Source: Eledone cirrhosa (taxonomy: Eukaryota). From it: a DNA stretch of 64,000 bases. Under the pieces are notes generated by a model. The model did no database searches. It saw only the letters and a list, made by a program, of their open reading frames with translations, and was not told where the DNA came from. The DNA is taken from assembly GCA_964016885.1 (NCBI GenBank), contig OZ024754.1, positions 24,242,001-24,306,000 of the forward strand, in the 5' to 3' direction. How positions within the stretch are numbered: position 1 is the stretch's first letter; each line of letters begins with the position of its first letter. Both the position numbers and the translations under genes were made by a program. Below, in pieces: positions 40,301 through 58,300 of this stretch.

Positions 40301-43300
40301 ATTAACAAGACCAACAACAACACCAACAACAACACACCACCATTAACAACACCAACAACAACACACCACCATTAACAACACCAACAACAACAAACCACCA
40401 TTAACAAGACCAACAACACACACCACCATTAACAACACCAACAGCAACAAACCACCAGTAACAAGACCAACAACAACACACCACCATTAACAAGACCAAC
40501 AACACACACCACCATTAACAACACCAACAACAACACACCACCATTAACAACACCAACAAGAACACACCACCATTAATAATACCAACAACAACAAACCACC
40601 ATTAACAACACCAACAACAACACACCACCATTAACAACACCAACAACACACCACCATTAACAACACCAACAACACACCACCATTAACAACAACAACAACA
40701 ACACACCACCATTAACAACTCCAACAACAACACACCACCATTAACAACACCAACAACACACCACCATTAATAACGCCAACAACAACACACCACCATTAAC
40801 AACACCAACAACACACCACCATTAACAACACCAACAAGAACAAACCACCATTAACAACAACACCACCAACAACAACACACCACCATTAACAACAACACAA
40901 ACAACAAACCACCATTAACAACACCAACAACACACACCACCATTAACAACAACACAACCAACAACAACACACCACCATTAACACCACTAAAAACAACACA
41001 CCAACAACAACACCACCAACAACAACACACCACCATTAACAACACCACCAACAACACACCACCATTAACAACACCAACAACAACACACCAACAACACACC
41101 ACCAACAACAACACACCACCATTAACACCACTAACAACAACACACCAGCATTAACAACACCAACAACAACACACCACCATTAACAACACCAACAACAACA
41201 CACCAACAACACACCACCAACAACAACACACCACCATTAACACCACCAACAACAACACACCACCATTAACAACACCAACAACAACACACCACCATTAACA
41301 ACACCAACAACAACACACCAACAACACACCACCAACAACAACACACCACCATTAACAACACCAACAACAACGCACCACCATTAACAACACCAACAACACA
41401 TCACCATTAACAACACCAACAACACACCACCATTATCAACACCAACAACAACACACCACCATTAACAACACCAACAACACACCACCATTGACAACACCAA
41501 CAACAACACACCACCATTAACAACACCAACAACAACACACCACCATTAACAACACCAACAACAACACACCACCACTAACAACACCAACAACCACACACCA
41601 CCATTAACAACACCAACAACACACCACCATTGACAACACCAACAACAACACACCACCATTAACAACACCAACAACAACACACCACCATTATCAACACCAA
41701 CAACAACACACCACCATTAACAACACCAACAACAACACACCACCATTAACAACACCAACAACAACACACCACCTTTAACAATACCAACAACAACACACCA
41801 CCATTAACAACACCAACAACAGACACAACCATTAACAACACCAACAACAACACACCAACAACAACACCACCAACAACACACCACCATTAACAACACAAAC
41901 AACACACCACCATTAACAACACCAACAACAACACACCACCATTATCAACACCAACAACAACACACCACCATTAACAACACCAACAACAACACACCACCAT
42001 TAACAACACCAACAACAACACACCACCATTAACAATACCAACAACAACCCACCACCATTAACAACACCAACAACAGACACAACCATTAACAACACCAACA
42101 ACAACACACCAACAACAACACCACCAACAACAACACACCACCATTAACAACACAAACAACACACCACCATTAACAACACCAACAACAACACACCACCATT
42201 AACAACACCAACAACAACACACCACCATTAACAACACCAACAACAACACACCACCACTAACAACACCAACAACAACAAACCACCATTAACAACACCAACA
42301 ACACACACCACCATTAACAACACCAACAACAACACACCACCATTAACAACACCAACAACAACACACCACCATTAACAATACCAACAACAACACACCACCA
42401 TTAACAACACCAACAACAGACACAACCATTAACAACACCAACAACAACACACCAATAACAACACCACCAACAACAACACACCACCATTAACAACACAAAC
42501 AACACACCACCATTAACAACACCAACAACAACACACCACCATTAACAACACCAACAACAACACACCACCATTAACAACACCAACAACAACACCCCACCAC
42601 TAACAACACCAACAACAACAAACCACCATTAACAACACCAACAACACACACCCCCATTAACAACACCAACAACGGACCACCATTAACAACACCAACAACA
42701 ACACACGACCATTAACAACACCAACAACAACACACCACCATTAACAACACCAACAACAACACACCACCATTATCAACACCAACAACAACACACCACCATT
42801 AACAACACCAACAACAACACACCACCATTAACAACACCAACAACAACACACCACCATTAACAACACCAACAACAACAAACCACCATTAACAACACCAACA
42901 ACAACACACCACCATTAACAACACCAACAACAACACACCACCATTAACAACACCAACAACAACACACCAACAACAACACCACCAACAACAACACACCACC
43001 ATTAACAACACCAACAACAACACACCACCATTAACAACACCAACAACAACACACCACCATTAACAACACCAACAACAACACACCACCATTAACAACACCA
43101 ACAACAACACACAACCATTAACAACACCAACAACAACACACCACCATTAACAACACCAACAACAACACACCAACAACAACACCACCAACAAGAACACACC
43201 ACCATTAACAACACCAACAACACACCACCATTAACAACACCAACAACAACACACCACCATTAACAACACCAACAACAACAAACCACCATTAACAACAACA

Positions 43301-46300
43301 CAAACAACAAACCACCATTAACAAGACCAACAACACACACCACCATTAACAACACCAACAACAACAAACCACCATTAACAACAACACCACCAACAACAAC
43401 ACACCACCATTAACAACAACACCAACAACAAACCACCTTTAACAACACCAACAACACACACCACCATTAACAACACCAACAATAACACACCACCATTAAC
43501 AACACCAACAACAACAACAACACAACACCATTAACAACACCAACAACAACAAACTACCATTAACAACACCAACAACAACAAATCACCATTAACAAGACCA
43601 ACAACACACACCACCATTAACACCACTAACAACAACACACCAACAACAACACCACCAACAACAACACACCACCATTAACAACACCAACAATAACACACCA
43701 CCATTAACAACACCAACAACAACACACCACCATTAACAACACCAACAATAACACACCACCATTAACAACACCAACAACAACACACCACCATTAACAACAC
43801 CAACAACAACACACCACCATTAACAACACCAACAACAACACACCACCATTAACAACACCAACAACAACAAACCACCATTAACAAGACCAACAACACACAC
43901 CACTATTAACATCACCAACAACAACACACCACCATTAACAACACCAACAACAACAAACCACCAGTAACAACACCAACAACAACACACCACCATTAACAAC
44001 AACACAACCAACAACAACAGACCACCATTAACAACACCAACAACAACACACCACCATTAACAACACCAACAACAACACACCACCATTAACAACAACACAA
44101 CCAACAACAACACACACCATTAACACCACCGACAAGAACACACCACCATTAATAATACCAACAACAACAAACCACCATTAACAACACCAACAACAACACA
44201 CCACCATTAACAACAACACAACCAACAACAACACACCACCATTAACAACACCAACAACAACACACCACCATTAATAACACCAACAACACACACCACCATT
44301 AACAACACCAACAACAACACACCAACAACAACACCACCAACAACAACACACCACCATTAACAACACAAACAACACACCACCATTAACAACACCAACAACA
44401 CACCACCATTAACAACACCAACAACAACACACCACCATTAACAACACCAACAACACACCACCATTAACAACACCAACAACAACACACCACCATTAACAAC
44501 ACCAACAACACACCACCATTAATACCACCAACAACAACACACTACCATTAACAACACCAACAACACACCACCATTAGCAACACCAACAAAAACACACCAC
44601 CATTAACAACACCAACAACACACCACCATTAACAACACCAACAACACACCACCATTAACAACACCAACAACACACCACAATTAACAATAACAACAACAAC
44701 ACACCACCATTAACAACTCCAACAACAACACACCACCATTAACAACACCAACAACACACCGCCATTAATAACGCCAACAACAACACACCCCCATTAACAA
44801 CACCAACAAGAACAAACCACCATTAACAACAACACCACCAACAACAACACCCCACCATTAACAACAACACCAACAACAAACCACCTTTAACAACACCAAC
44901 AACAACAAACCACCATTAACAACACCAACAACAACACACACCACCATTAACAACACCAACAACAACAAACCACCATTAACAACAACACAAACAACAAACC
45001 ACCATTAACAAGACCAACAACACACACCACCATTAACAACACCAACAACAACAAACCACCATTAACAACAACACCACCAACAACAACACACCACACATTA
45101 ACAACAACACCAACAACAAACCACCTTTAACAACACCAACAACAACAAACCACCATTAACAACACCAACAACAACACACACCACCATTAACAACACCAAC
45201 AACAACAAACCACCATTAACAACAACACCACCAACAACAACACACCACCATTAACAACAACACCAACAACAAACCACCTTTAACAACACCAACAACAACA
45301 AACCACCATTAAAACACAACCAACAACAACACACCACCATTAACAACACCAACAACAACAGCAAACCACCATTAACAAGAACAACAACACACACCACCAT
45401 TAACAACAACAACAACAACACAACACCATTAACAACACCAACAACAACAAACCACCATTAACAACACCAACAACAACAAATCACCATTAACAAGACCAAC
45501 AACACACACCACCATTAACACCACTAACAACAACACACCAACAACAACACCACCAACAACAACACACCACCATTAACAACAACAACACACCACCATTAAC
45601 AACACCAACAACAACACACCACCATTAACAACACCAACAATAACACACCACCATTAACAACACCAACAACAACACACCACCATTAACAACACCAACAACA
45701 ACACACCACCATTAACAACACCAACAACAACACACCACCATTAACAACACCAACAACAACAAACCACCATTAACAAGACCAACAACACACACCACTATTA
45801 ACAACACCAACAACAACACACCACCATTAACAACACCAACAACAACAAACCACCAGTAACAACACCAACAACACACACCACCATTAACAACACCAACAAC
45901 AACACACCACCATTAACAACACCAACAACAACACACCACCATTAACAACAACACAACCAACAACAACAGACCACCATTAACAACACCAACAACAACACAC
46001 CACCATTAACAACACCAACAACAACACACCACCATTAACAACAACACAACCAACAACAACACACCACCATTAACAACACCAACAACAACAACAACACAAC
46101 ACCATTAACAACACCAACAACAACAAACTACCATTAACAACACCAACAACAACAAATCACCATTAACAAGACCAACAACACACACCACCATTAACACCAC
46201 TAACAACAACACACCAACAACAACACCACCAACAACAACACACCACCATTAACAACACCAACAATAACACACCACCATTAACAACACCAACAACAACACA

Positions 46301-49300
46301 CCACCATTAACAACACCAACAATAATACACCACCATTAACAACACCAACAACAACACACCACCATTAACAACACCAACAACAACACACCACCATTAACAA
46401 CACCAACAACAACACACCACCATTAACAACACCAACAACAACAAACCACCATTAACAAGACCAACAACACACACCACTATTAACAACACCAACAACAACA
46501 AACCACCAGTAACAACACCAACAACAACACACCACCATTAACAACAACACAACCAACAACAACAGACCACCATTAACAACACCAACAACAACACACCACC
46601 ATTAACAACACCAACAACAACACACCACCATTAACAACAACACAACCAACAACAACACACACCATTAACACCACCGAAAAGAACACACCACCATTAATAA
46701 TACCAACAACAACAAACCACCATTAACAACACCAACAACAACACACCACCATTAACAACAACACAACCAACAACAACACGACACCATTAACAACACCAAC
46801 AACAACACACCAACAACAACACCACCAACAACAACACACGACCATTAACAACACAAACAACATACCACCATTAACAACACCAACAACACACCACCATTAA
46901 CAACACCAACAACAACACACCACCATTAACAACACCAACAACACACCACCATTAACAACACCAACAACAACACACCACCATTAACAACACCAACAACACA
47001 CCACCATTAATACCACCAACAACAACACACTACCATTAACAACACCAACAACACACCACCATTAGCAACACCAACAAAAACACACCACCATTAACAACAC
47101 CAACAACACACCACCATTAACAACACCAACAACACACCACCATTAACAACACCAACAACACACCACAATTAACAATAACAACAACAACACACCACCATTA
47201 ACAACTCCAACAACAACACACCACCATTAACAACACCAACAACACACCGCCATTAATAACGCCAACAACAACACACCCCCATTAACAACACCAACAAGAA
47301 TAAACCACCATTAACAACAACACCACCAACAACAACACCCCACCATTAACAACAACACCAACAACAAACCACCTTTAACAACACCAACAACAACAAACCA
47401 CCATTAACAACACCAACAACAACACACACCACCATTAACAACACCAACAACAACAAACCACCATTAACAACAACACAAACAACAAACCACCATTAACAAG
47501 ACCAACAACACACACCACCATTAACAACACCAACAACAACAAACCACCATTAACAACAACACCACCAACAACAACACACCACACATTAACAACAACACCA
47601 ACAACAAACCACCTTTAACAACACCAACAACAACAAACCACCATTAACAACACCAACAACAACACACACCACCATTATCAACACCAACAACAACAAACCA
47701 CCATTAACAACAACACCACCAACAACAACACACCACCATTAACAACAACACCAACAACAAACCACCTTTAACAACACCAACAACAACAAACCACCATTAA
47801 AACACAACCAACAACAACACACCACCATTAACAACACCAACAACAACAGCAAACCACCATTAACAAGACCAACAACACACACCACCATTAACAACAACAA
47901 CAACAACACAACACCATTAACAACACCAACAACAACAAACCACCATTAACAACACCAACAACAACAAATCACCATTAACAAGACCAACAACACACACCAC
48001 CATTAACACCACTAACAACAACACACCAACAACAACACCACCAACAACAACACACCACCATTAACAACACCAACAACAACACACCACCATTAACAACACC
48101 AACAACACCACACCACCATTAACAACACCAACAATAACACACCACCATTAACAACACCAACAACAACACACCACCATTAACAACACCAACAACAACACAC
48201 CACCATTAACAACACCAACAACAACACACCACCATTAACAACACCAACAACAACAAACCACCATTAACAAGACCAACAACACACACCACTATTAACAACA
48301 CCAACAACAACACACCACCATTAACAACACCAACAACAACAAACCACCAGTAACAACACCAACAACACACACCACCATTAACAACACCAACAACAACACA
48401 CCACCATTAACAACACCAACAACAACACACCACCATTAACAACAACACAACCAACAACAACAGACCACCATTAACAACACCAACAACAACACACCACCAT
48501 TAACAACACCAACAACAACACACCACCATTAACAACAACACAACCAACAACAAAACACCACCATTAACACCACCAACAAGAACACACCACCATTAATAAT
48601 ACCAACAACAACAAACCACCATTAACAACACCAACAACAACACACCACCATTAACAACAACACAACCAACAACAACACACCACCATTAACAACACCAACA
48701 ACAGCACACCACCATTAATAACACCAACAACACACACCACCATTAACAACACCAACAACAACACACCAACAACAACACCACCAACAACAACACACCACCA
48801 TTAACAACACAAACAACACACCACCATTAACAACACCAACAACACACCACCATTAACAACACCAACAACAACACACCACCATTAACAACACCAACGACAC
48901 ACCACCATTAACAACACCAACAACAACACACCACCATTAACAACACCAACAACACACCACCATTAATACCACCAACAACAACACACTACCATTAACAACA
49001 CCAACAACACACCACCATTAGCAACACCAACAAAAACACACCACCATTAACAACACCAACAACACACCACCATTAACAACACCAACAACACACCACCATT
49101 AACAACACCAACAACACACCACAATTAACAACAACAACAACAACACACCACCATTAACAACTCCAACAACAACACACCACCATTAACAACACCAACAACA
49201 CACCACCATTAATAACGCCAACAACAACACACCCCCATTAACAACACCAACAAGAACAAACCACCATTAACAACAACACCACCAACAACAACACACCACC

Positions 49301-52300
49301 ATTAACAACAACACCAACAACAAACCAACATTAACAAGACCAACAACACACACCACCATTAACAACACCAACAACAACAAACCGCCATTAACAACAACAC
49401 CACCAACAACAACACACCACCATTAACAACACCAACAACAAACCACCTTTAACAGCACCGACAACAACAACAAACCACCATTAACAAGACCAACAACACA
49501 CACCACCATTAACAACACCAACAATAACACACCACCATTAACAACACCAACAACAACACACCACCATTAACAACAACAACAACAACACACCACCATTAAC
49601 AACACCAACAACAACAAACCACCATTAACAACACCAACAACAACACACCACCATTAACAAGACCAACAACACACACCAACATTAACAACACCAACAACAA
49701 GACACCACCATTAACAACACCAACAACAACACACCGCCATTAACAACACCAACAACAACAAACCACCAGTAACAACACCAACAACAACACACCACCATTA
49801 ACAAGACCAACAACACACACCACCATTAACAACACCAACAACAACACACCGCCATTAACAACACCAACAACAACAAACCACCATTAACAACACCAACAAC
49901 AACACACCACCATTAACAACACCAACAACAAGACACCACCATTAACAACACCAACAACAACACACTGCCATTAACAACACCAACAACAACAAACCACCAG
50001 TAACAACACCAACAACAACACACCACCATTAACAAGACCAACAACACACACCACCATTAACAACACCCACAACAACACACCACCATTAACAACACCAACA
50101 ACAACACACCACCATTAACAACAACACAACCAACAACAACACACCACCATTAACACCACCAAAAACAACACACTACCATTAATAATACCAACAACAACAA
50201 ACCACCATTAACAACACCAACAACAACACACCACCATTAACAACAACACAACCAACAACAACACACCACCATTAACAACACCAACAACACACCACCATTA
50301 ACACCACTAACAACAACACACCAACAACAACACCACCAACAACAACACACCACCATTAACAACACCAACAACAACACACCACCATTAACAACACCAACAA
50401 TAACACACCACCATTAACAACACCAACAACAACACACCACCATTAACAACACCAACAACAACACACCACCATTAACAACACCAACAACAACAAACCACCA
50501 TTAACAACACCAACAACAACAAATCACCATTAACAAGACCAACAACAACACCAACAACAACACACCACCATTAACAACACCAACAACAACACACCACCAT
50601 TAACAACACCAACAACAACAAACCACCATTAACAAGACCAACAACACACACCACCATTAACAACACCAACAACAACAAACCACCAGTAACAAGACCAACA
50701 ACAACACACCACCATTAACAAGACCAACAACAACACACCACCATTAACAACAACACAACCAACAACAACAACACACCACCATTAACAACAACACCACCAA
50801 CAACAACACACCACCATTAACAACACCAACAACACACCACCATTAACACCACTAACAACAACACACCAACAACAACACCACCAACAACAACACACAACCA
50901 TTAACAACACCAACAACAACACACCACCATTAACAACACCAACAACAACACACCAACAACACACCACCAATAAAAACACACCACCATTAACAACACCAAC
51001 AAGAACACACCACCATTAACAACAACACAACCAACAACAACACACCACCATTAACAACACAAACAACACACCACCATTAACACCACTAACAACAACACAC
51101 CAACAACAACACCACCAACAACAACACACCACCATTAACAACACCAACAACAACACACCACCATTAATAACACCAACAACAACACACCACCATTAACAAC
51201 ACCAACAACACACACCACCATTAACAACACCAACAACAACACACCACCATTAACAACACCAACAACAACACACCAACAACACACCACCAATAACAACACA
51301 CCACCATTAACAACACCAACAAGAACACACCACCATTAACAACACCAACAACAACAAATCACTATTAACAAGACCAACAACACACACCAACATTAACAAC
51401 ACCAACAACAAGACACCACCATTAACAACACCAACAACAACACACTGCCATTAACAACACCAACAACAACAAACCACCAGTAACAACACCAACAACAACA
51501 CACCACCATTAACAAGACCAACAACACACACCACCATTAACAACACCAACGACACACCACCATTAACAACACCAACAACAACACACCACCATTAACAACA
51601 CCAACAACACACCACCATTAATACCACCAACAACAACACACTACCATTAACAACACCAACAACACACCACCATTAGCAACACCAACAAAAACACACCACC
51701 ATTAACAACACCAACAACACACCACCATTAACAACACCAACAACACACCACCATTAACAACACCAACAACACACCACAATTAACAACAACAACAACAACA
51801 CACCACCATTAACAACTCCAACAACAACACACCACCATTAACAACACCAACAACACACCACCATTAATAACGCCAACAACAACACACCCCCATTAACAAC
51901 ACCAACAAGAACAAACCACCATTAACAACAACACCACCAACAACAACACACCACCATTAACAACAACACCAACAACAAACCAACATTAACAAGACCAACA
52001 ACACACACCACCATTAACAACACCAACAACAACAAACCGCCATTAACAACAACACCACCAACAACAACACACCACCATTAACAACACCAACAACAAACCA
52101 CCTTTAACAACACCGACAACAACAACAAACCACCATTAACAAGACCAACAACACACACCAACATTAACAACACCAACAACAAGACACCACCATTAACAAC
52201 ACCAACAACAACACACCGCCATTAACAACACCAACAACAACAAACCACCAGTAACAACACCAACAACAACACACCACCATTAACAAGACCAACAACACAC

Positions 52301-55300
52301 ACCACCATTAACAACACCAACAACAACACACCGCCATTAATAACACCAACAACAACAAACCACCATTAACAACACCAACAACAACACACCACCATTAACA
52401 ACACCAACAACAAGACACCACCATTAACAACACCAACAACAACACACTGCCATTAACAACACCAACAACAACAAACCACCAGTAACAACACCAACAACAA
52501 CACACCACCATTAACAAGACCAACAACACACACCACCATTAACAACACCCACAACAACACACCACCATTAACAACACCAACAACAACACACCACCATTAA
52601 CAACAACACAACCAACAACAACACACCACCATTAACACCACCAAAAACAACACACTACCATTAATAATACCAACAACAACAAACCACCATTAACAACACC
52701 AACAACAACACACCACCATTAACAACAACACAACCAACAACAACACACCACCATTAACAACACCAACAACACACCACCATTAACACCACTAACAACAACA
52801 CACCAACAACAACACCACCAACAACAACACACCACCATTAACAACACCAACAACAACACACCACCATTAACAACACCAACAATAACACACCACCATTAAC
52901 AACACCAACAACAACACACCACCATTAACAACACCAACAACAACACACCACCATTAACAACACCAACAACAACAAACCACCATTAACAACACCAACAACA
53001 ACAAATCACCATTAACAAGACCAACAACAACACCAACAACAACACACCACCATTAACAACACCAACAACAACACACCACCATTAACAACACCAACAACAA
53101 CACACCACCATTAACAACACCAACAACACACCACCATTAACACCACTAACAACAACACACCAACAACAACACCACCAACAACAACACACAACCATTAACA
53201 ACACCAACAACAACACACCACCATTAACAACACCAACAACAACACACCAACAACACACCACCAATAAAAACACACCACCATTAACAACACCAACAAGAAC
53301 ACACCACCATTAACAACAACACAACCAACAACAACACACCACCATTAACAACACAAACAACACACCACCATTAACACCACTAACAACAACACACCAACAA
53401 CAACACCACCAACAACAACACACCACCATTAACAACACCAACAACAACACACCACCATTAATAACACCAACAACAACACACCACCATTAACAACACCAAC
53501 AACACACACCACCATTAACAACACCAACAACAACACACCACCATTAACAACACCAACAACAACACACCAACAACACACCACCAATAACAACACACCACCA
53601 TTAACAACACCAACAAGAACACACCACCATTAACAACACCAACAACAACAAATCACTATTAACAAGACCAACAACACACACCAACATTAACAACACCAAC
53701 AACAAGACACCACCATTAACAACACCAACAACAACACACTGCCATTAACAACACCAACAACAACAAACCACCAGTAACAACACCAACAACAACACACCAC
53801 CATTAACAAGACCAACAACACACACCACCATTAACAACACCCATAACAACACACCACCATTAACAACACCAACAACAACACACCACCATTAACAACACCA
53901 ACAACACACCACCATTAACACCACTAACAACAACACACCAACAACAACACCACCAACAACAACACAACAAACATTAACAACACCAACAACAACACACCAC
54001 CATTAACAACACCAACAACAACACACCAACAACACACCACCAATAAAAACACACCACCATTAACAACACCAACAAGAACACACCACCATTAACAACAACA
54101 CAACCAACAACAACACACCACCATTAACAACACAAACAACACACCACCATTAACACCACTAACAACAACACACCAACAACAACACCACCAACAACAACAC
54201 ACCACCATTAACAACACCAACAACAACACACCACCATTAACAACACCAACAACACACACCACCATTAACAACACCAACAACAACACACCACCATTAACAA
54301 CACCAACAACAACACACCAACAACACACCACCAATAACAACACACCACCATTAACAACAACACAACGAACAACAACACACCACCATTAACAACACCAACA
54401 ACACACCACCATTAACACCACTAACAACAACACACCAACAACAACACCACCAACAACAACACACCACCATTAACAACACCAACAACAACACACCACCATT
54501 AACAACACCAACAATAACACACCACCATTAACAACACCAACAACAACACACCACCATTAACAACACCAACAACAACACACCACCATTAACAACACCAACA
54601 ACACACACCACCATTAACAACACCAACAACAACACACCACCATTAACAACACCAACAACAACGCACCACCATTAACAACACCAACAACAACACACCACTA
54701 TTAACAACACCAACAACAACACACCACCATTAACAACACCAACAACAACACACCACCATTATCAACACCAACAACAACACACCACCATTAACAACACCAA
54801 CAACACACACCACCATTAACAACACCAACAACAACACACCAACAACAACACCACCAACAACAACACACCACCATTAACAACACCAACAACACACTACCAT
54901 TAACAACACCAACAACAACACACCACCATTAACAACACCAACAATAACCCACCACCATTAACACCACCAACAACAACACACCACCATTAACAACACAAAC
55001 AACACACCACCATTAACAACACCAACAACAACACACCACCATTAACAACACCAACAACACACACCACCATTAACAACACCAACAACAACACACCAACAAC
55101 AACACCACCAACAACAACACACCACCATTAACAACACCAACAACACACCACTATTAACAACACCAACAACAACACACCACCATTAACAACAACACAACCA
55201 ATAACAACACACCACCATTAACAACACCAACAACACACCACCATTAACACCACTAACAACAACACACCAACAACAACAACACCAACCACAACACAGCACC

Positions 55301-58300
55301 ATTAACAACACCAACAACACACACACCACCATTAACACCACTAACAACAACACACGAACAACACCACCACCAACAACAAAACACCACCAACAACAACACC
55401 CCACCATAAACAACAACAACAACAACACACCACCATTAACCACAACAACAACAACACACCACCATTAACAACACCAATAATACACCACCATTAACAACAC
55501 CAACAACAACACACCACCATTAACAACAACAACAACAACACCACACCACCATTAACAACAACAACACACCACCATTAACACCACCAACAACACACCACCA
55601 ATAACAACACACCACCATTAACAACACCAACAACAAGACACCACCATTAACAACACCAACAACAACACACCACCATTAACAACACCAACAAAAAGACACC
55701 ACCATTAACAACACCCACAACAACACACCACCATTAACAACACCAATAACAACATACCACCATTAACAACACCAACAACAACACACCACCATTAACAACA
55801 CCAATAACAACACGCCACCATTAACAACACCAATAACAACACACCACCATTAACAACACCCACAACAACACACCTCCATTAACAACACCAATAACAACAC
55901 ACCACCATTAACAACACCAACAACAACACACCACCATTAACAACACCAATAACAACACACCACCATTAACAACACCAACAACAACACACCACCATTAACA
56001 ACACCAACAACAACACACCAACAACACACCACCAATAACAACACACCACCATTAACAACACCAACAAGAACACACCACCATTAACAACACCAACAACAAC
56101 AAATCACTATTAACAAGACCAACAACACACACCAACATTAACAACACCAACAACAAGACACCACCATTAACAACACCAACAACAACACACTGCCATTAAC
56201 AACACCAACAACAACAAACCACCAGTAACAACACCAACAACAACACACCACCATTAACAAGACCAACAACACACACCACCATTAACAACACCCATAACAA
56301 CACACCACCATTAACAACACCAACAACAACACACCACCATTAACAACACCAACAACACACCACCATTAACACCACTAACAACAACACACCAACAACAACA
56401 CCACCAACAACAACACACAACCATTAACAACACCAACAACAACACACCACCATTAACAACACCAACAACAACACACCAACAACACACCACCAATAAAAAC
56501 ACACCACCATTAACAACACCAACAAGAACACACCACCATTAACAACAACACAACCAACAACAACACACCACCATTAACAACACAAACAACACACCACCAT
56601 TAACACCACTAACAACAACACACCAACAACAACACCACCAACAACAACACACCACCATTAACAACACCAACAACAACACACCACCATTAACAACACCAAC
56701 AACACACACCACCATTAACAACACCAACAACAACACACCACCATTAACAACACCAACAACAACACACCAACAACACACCACCAATAACAACACACCACCA
56801 TTAACAACAACACAACGAACAACAACACACCACCATTAACAACACCAACAACACACCACCATTAACACCACTAACAACAACACACCAACAACAACACCAC
56901 CAACAACAACACACCACCATTAACAACACCAACAACAACACACCACCATTAACAACACCAACAATAACACACCACCATTAACAACACCAACAACAACACA
57001 CCACCATTAACAACAACAACACACCACCATTAACAACACCAACAACACACACCACCATTAACAACACCAACAACAACACACCACCATTAACAACACCAAC
57101 AACAACACACCACCATTAACAACACCAACAACAACACACCACTATTAACAACACCAACAACAACACACCACCATTAACAACACCAACAACAACACACCAC
57201 CATTATCAACACCAACAACAACACACCACCATTAACAACACCAACAACACACACCACCATTAACAACACCAACAACAACACACCAACAACAACACCACCA
57301 ACAACAACACACCACCATTAACAACACCAACAACACACTACCATTAACAACACCAACAACAACACACCACCATTAACAACACCAACAATAACCCACCACC
57401 ATTAACACCACCAACAACAACACACCACCATTAACAACACAAACAACACACCACCATTAACAACACCAACAACAACACACCACCATTAACAACACCAACA
57501 ACACACACCACCATTAACAACACCAACAACAACACACCAACAACAACACCACCAACAACAACACACCACCATTAACAACACCAACAACACACCACTATTA
57601 ACAACACCAACAACAACACACCACCATTAACAACAACACAACCAATAACAACACACCACCATTAACAACACCAACAACACACCACCATTAACACCACTAA
57701 CAACAACACACCAACAACAACAACACCAACCACAACACAGCACCATTAACAACACCAACAACACACACACCACCATTAACACCACTAACAACAACACACG
57801 AACAACACCACCACCAACAACAAAACACCACCAACAACAACACCCCACCATAAACAACAACAACAACAACACACCACCATTAACCACAACAACAACAACA
57901 CACCACCATTAACAACACCAATAATACACCACCATTAACAACACCAACAACAACACACCACCATTAACAACAACAACAACAACACCACACCACCATTAAC
58001 AACAACAACACACCACCATTAACACCACCAACAACACACCACCAATAACAACACACCACCATTAACAACACCAACAACAAGACACCACCATTAACAACAC
58101 CAACAACAACACACCACCATTAACAACACCAACAAAAAGACACCACCATTAACAACACCCACAACAACACACCACCATTAACAACACCAATAACAACATA
58201 CCACCATTAACAACACCAACAACAACACACCACCATTAACAACACCAATAACAACACGCCACCATTAACAACACCAATAACAACACACCACCATTAACAA

